Origin: a virus
Taxonomy: Duplodnaviria; Caudoviricetes
Strand: one strand, 5' to 3'
Virus record (IMG/VR): IMGVR_UViG_3300048574_000442
Coordinates: 1 to 45,487 of that record
Length of the DNA stretch: 45,487 nt
In this document: piece by piece, positions 43,942 to 45,487 of the stretch
Numbering within the stretch: the stretch's first letter is position 1
How the letters are laid out: every line of letters begins with the position of its first letter
Notes under the pieces: model-generated
Databases searched by the model: none
The model's input: the letters and a program-made list of their open reading frames with translations, nothing else
What the model was told of the DNA's origin: nothing
Program-made: the position numbers and the translations under genes

Positions 43942-45487
43942 ATCATGGCATACTTGTAAAGTGGTTGCTAGTGCTGGCGGTCTAACGATTGGTTATGTTG
44001 ATGATAATCCTAGTATATGGGACGGAAATATGTATGTTTTACAACCCGGTGATGAATATCGAGAACCATTGCCAGAATTTACTGATTATAAAATTGTAAA
44101 TGATAAATGGGTTAGGGTTGAAAAACAAAACACCAGGAAGGAAAAAAGGCGCGGACACAATGAGGGATCTATTTTTCAACGATGGACGGCTAAAGTAACA
44201 ATCAATGAGGCCGATACCGGAAAGCCGAAAAAAATTACTGTTTGTGGCAAAACGCAAGAACAACTAAAGGAGAAATTAGCGGGGCTGCCCGGCATTTCCG
44301 ACATTAGTAAAATCCCTATTTCCCAATCATGGGTAGCACAAGCGATCACGGGTGTAAACCCAATGACAGGAAAACCAAAGCGAATAACTTTTTACGGCGA
44401 CACCAGGAAAGAAGTACTAGAAAAGCTTGATAGCACCAAGCATGATATTAAAAATGGGACTTTCACGGAACCCAGCAAAATGACTTTCGGGGAATGGCTG
44501 GATATTTGGCTTAATGAATACGCGAAACCAGTTGTCAGATCTACCACTTATGATTCATATTACCGGTGGATTAAAAATCATATTATACCGGGGTTGGGAG
44601 GGATTAATCTAAAGGAATTACAACCGGCGCAGATTCAAAAATTTTATAATCAAAAACTGACGGAAAAAAAGAAAATCAAAGCCGGAACCCTCTCCCCGCG
44701 CTCGGTTCGGTATATGCACACTTTGATTCAGGAAGCACTAGAGCAAGCATTGAAGGAAGGCAAGATAATCCGAAACCCGGCTAAAGCAACCAAACCGCCG
44801 CGATTAGTTTGTAGAGAAGTCGGATATTTAAACGAGGAAGAAATTATCAACTTTTTAAACAACATAGCGGATGATTACTGGTATCCGGCCTACATCTTGG
44901 CATTAGGTTCCGGGTTAAGGCTTGGGGAATTAATGGCGCTCACTTGGGGAAATATTGACTTTCAAAAGAAAACCTTAAAAGTTAAAGAAGCAGTGTCAAG
45001 AGTTAACACTTACCAACCGGATGGTCCGAAAACCAAACTTGAATTTCATGAGCCTAAAAGTAAAAAAGGAAAGCGAACCATTCCCCTCCCGACCCAAGTC
45101 ATCGAGGAACTAAAAAAGTTTAAAGAAAAACAACGGGAGTTTAACGGCGGCAATTTGATAAATATTAATGAGGATAAAGAATTTATCTTTCGCTGGCCCG
45201 ATGGCAAGCTAATTGATCCTTCCCAATTATCAAAACACTTTTTAAAATTAGCACGCGACAACGGACTCGAAAACGTTACTTTTCACGGATTAAGGCACAG
45301 TTACGCCACCGCTTTACTGCAAGCCGGGGAACATCCGAAAGTAGTCCAGGAGTTGTTAGGCGATTCCACCATATCAGTTGTATTGGATGTTTATAGCCAT
45401 GTTGTACCGGGGTTAAAAGAAAAAGCTACCGGAAAACTTGAAGACATCTTGGCAAAGAAAAAACCCTCTTTAGTCAAAGAAGGTTAA
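43931..45487 (+). CDS. int: Tyrosine recombinase (prophage integrase) with extended N-terminus
   Basis: GLRLGEL, PKS, FHGLRHSYAT, LG and YSH catalytic motifs; RRGHNEGSI arm-binding start; SAM-like core (TF.EWL..WL). Confidence 0.95.
   Translation: MRYKSWHTCKVVASAGGLTIGYVDDNPSIWDGNMYVLQPGDEYREPLPEFTDYKIVNDKWVRVEKQNTRKEKRRGHNEGSIFQRWTAKVTINEADTGKPKKITVCGKTQEQLKEKLAGLPGISDISKIPISQSWVAQAITGVNPMTGKPKRITFYGDTRKEVLEKLDSTKHDIKNGTFTEPSKMTFGEWLDIWLNEYAKPVVRSTTYDSYYRWIKNHIIPGLGGINLKELQPAQIQKFYNQKLTEKKKIKAGTLSPRSVRYMHTLIQEALEQALKEGKIIRNPAKATKPPRLVCREVGYLNEEEIINFLNNIADDYWYPAYILALGSGLRLGELMALTWGNIDFQKKTLKVKEAVSRVNTYQPDGPKTKLEFHEPKSKKGKRTIPLPTQVIEELKKFKEKQREFNGGNLININEDKEFIFRWPDGKLIDPSQLSKHFLKLARDNGLENVTFHGLRHSYATALLQAGEHPKVVQELLGDSTISVVLDVYSHVVPGLKEKATGKLEDILAKKKPSLVKEG

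Larger units (their letters stand above)
6658..45487. mobile_element. Temperate siphovirus prophage; left boundary uncertain and may include the AT-rich genes to the left
   Basis: Complete colinear modules: integrase, immunity, recombination/replication, late activator, packaging, head, tail and lysis. No att site visible. Confidence 0.95.

Noticed and set aside
1-45487. CRISPR array, tRNA or rRNA genes
   Set aside because: No regularly spaced repeats seen. The GGTTCGAATCC at about 31127 lies inside the radical SAM gene with no cloverleaf around it.

Overview
Most of the window (about 6.65-45.49 kb) is a near-complete temperate siphovirus prophage. It has a lambda-type virion module: Nu1/GpA terminases, gpW, portal, ClpP protease, D, E, tail tube, G/GT frameshift, tape measure, M/L/K and an I-J fusion. 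Its early genes are of Bacillota type: CI/Cro, Gp157, Sak4, DUF669, initiator/DnaC, RusA and an ArpU/RinA-like late activator. A tyrosine integrase ends exactly at the right edge. The AT-rich left 6.6 kb carries a type III R-M locus (mod plus partial res), a UDG-superfamily gene and a DUF262/DUF1524 (GmrSD-like) gene. No att site is visible, so I cannot tell whether this block is phage cargo or an adjacent island. Most notable observations: (1) two small cassettes 10 kb apart share one palindromic operator inside their promoters and the same small-ORF-plus-ribbon-helix-helix layout, and both RHH genes are missing from the ORF track, one as a pseudogene; (2) an MTase / radical SAM / MTase block heads the late operon just upstream of cos/terS; (3) a perfect 14-bp inverted repeat links the res ribosome-binding site to a terminator on the far side of mod; (4) a lysis-module protein has an N-terminal membrane anchor and C-terminal beta-strands ending in Phe, a candidate new spanin type; (5) the integrase has a duplicated arm-binding domain and an extra N-terminal extension and is coupled to a membrane protein and an RHH gene. 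All family assignments come from motif recognition and synteny, not database searches.
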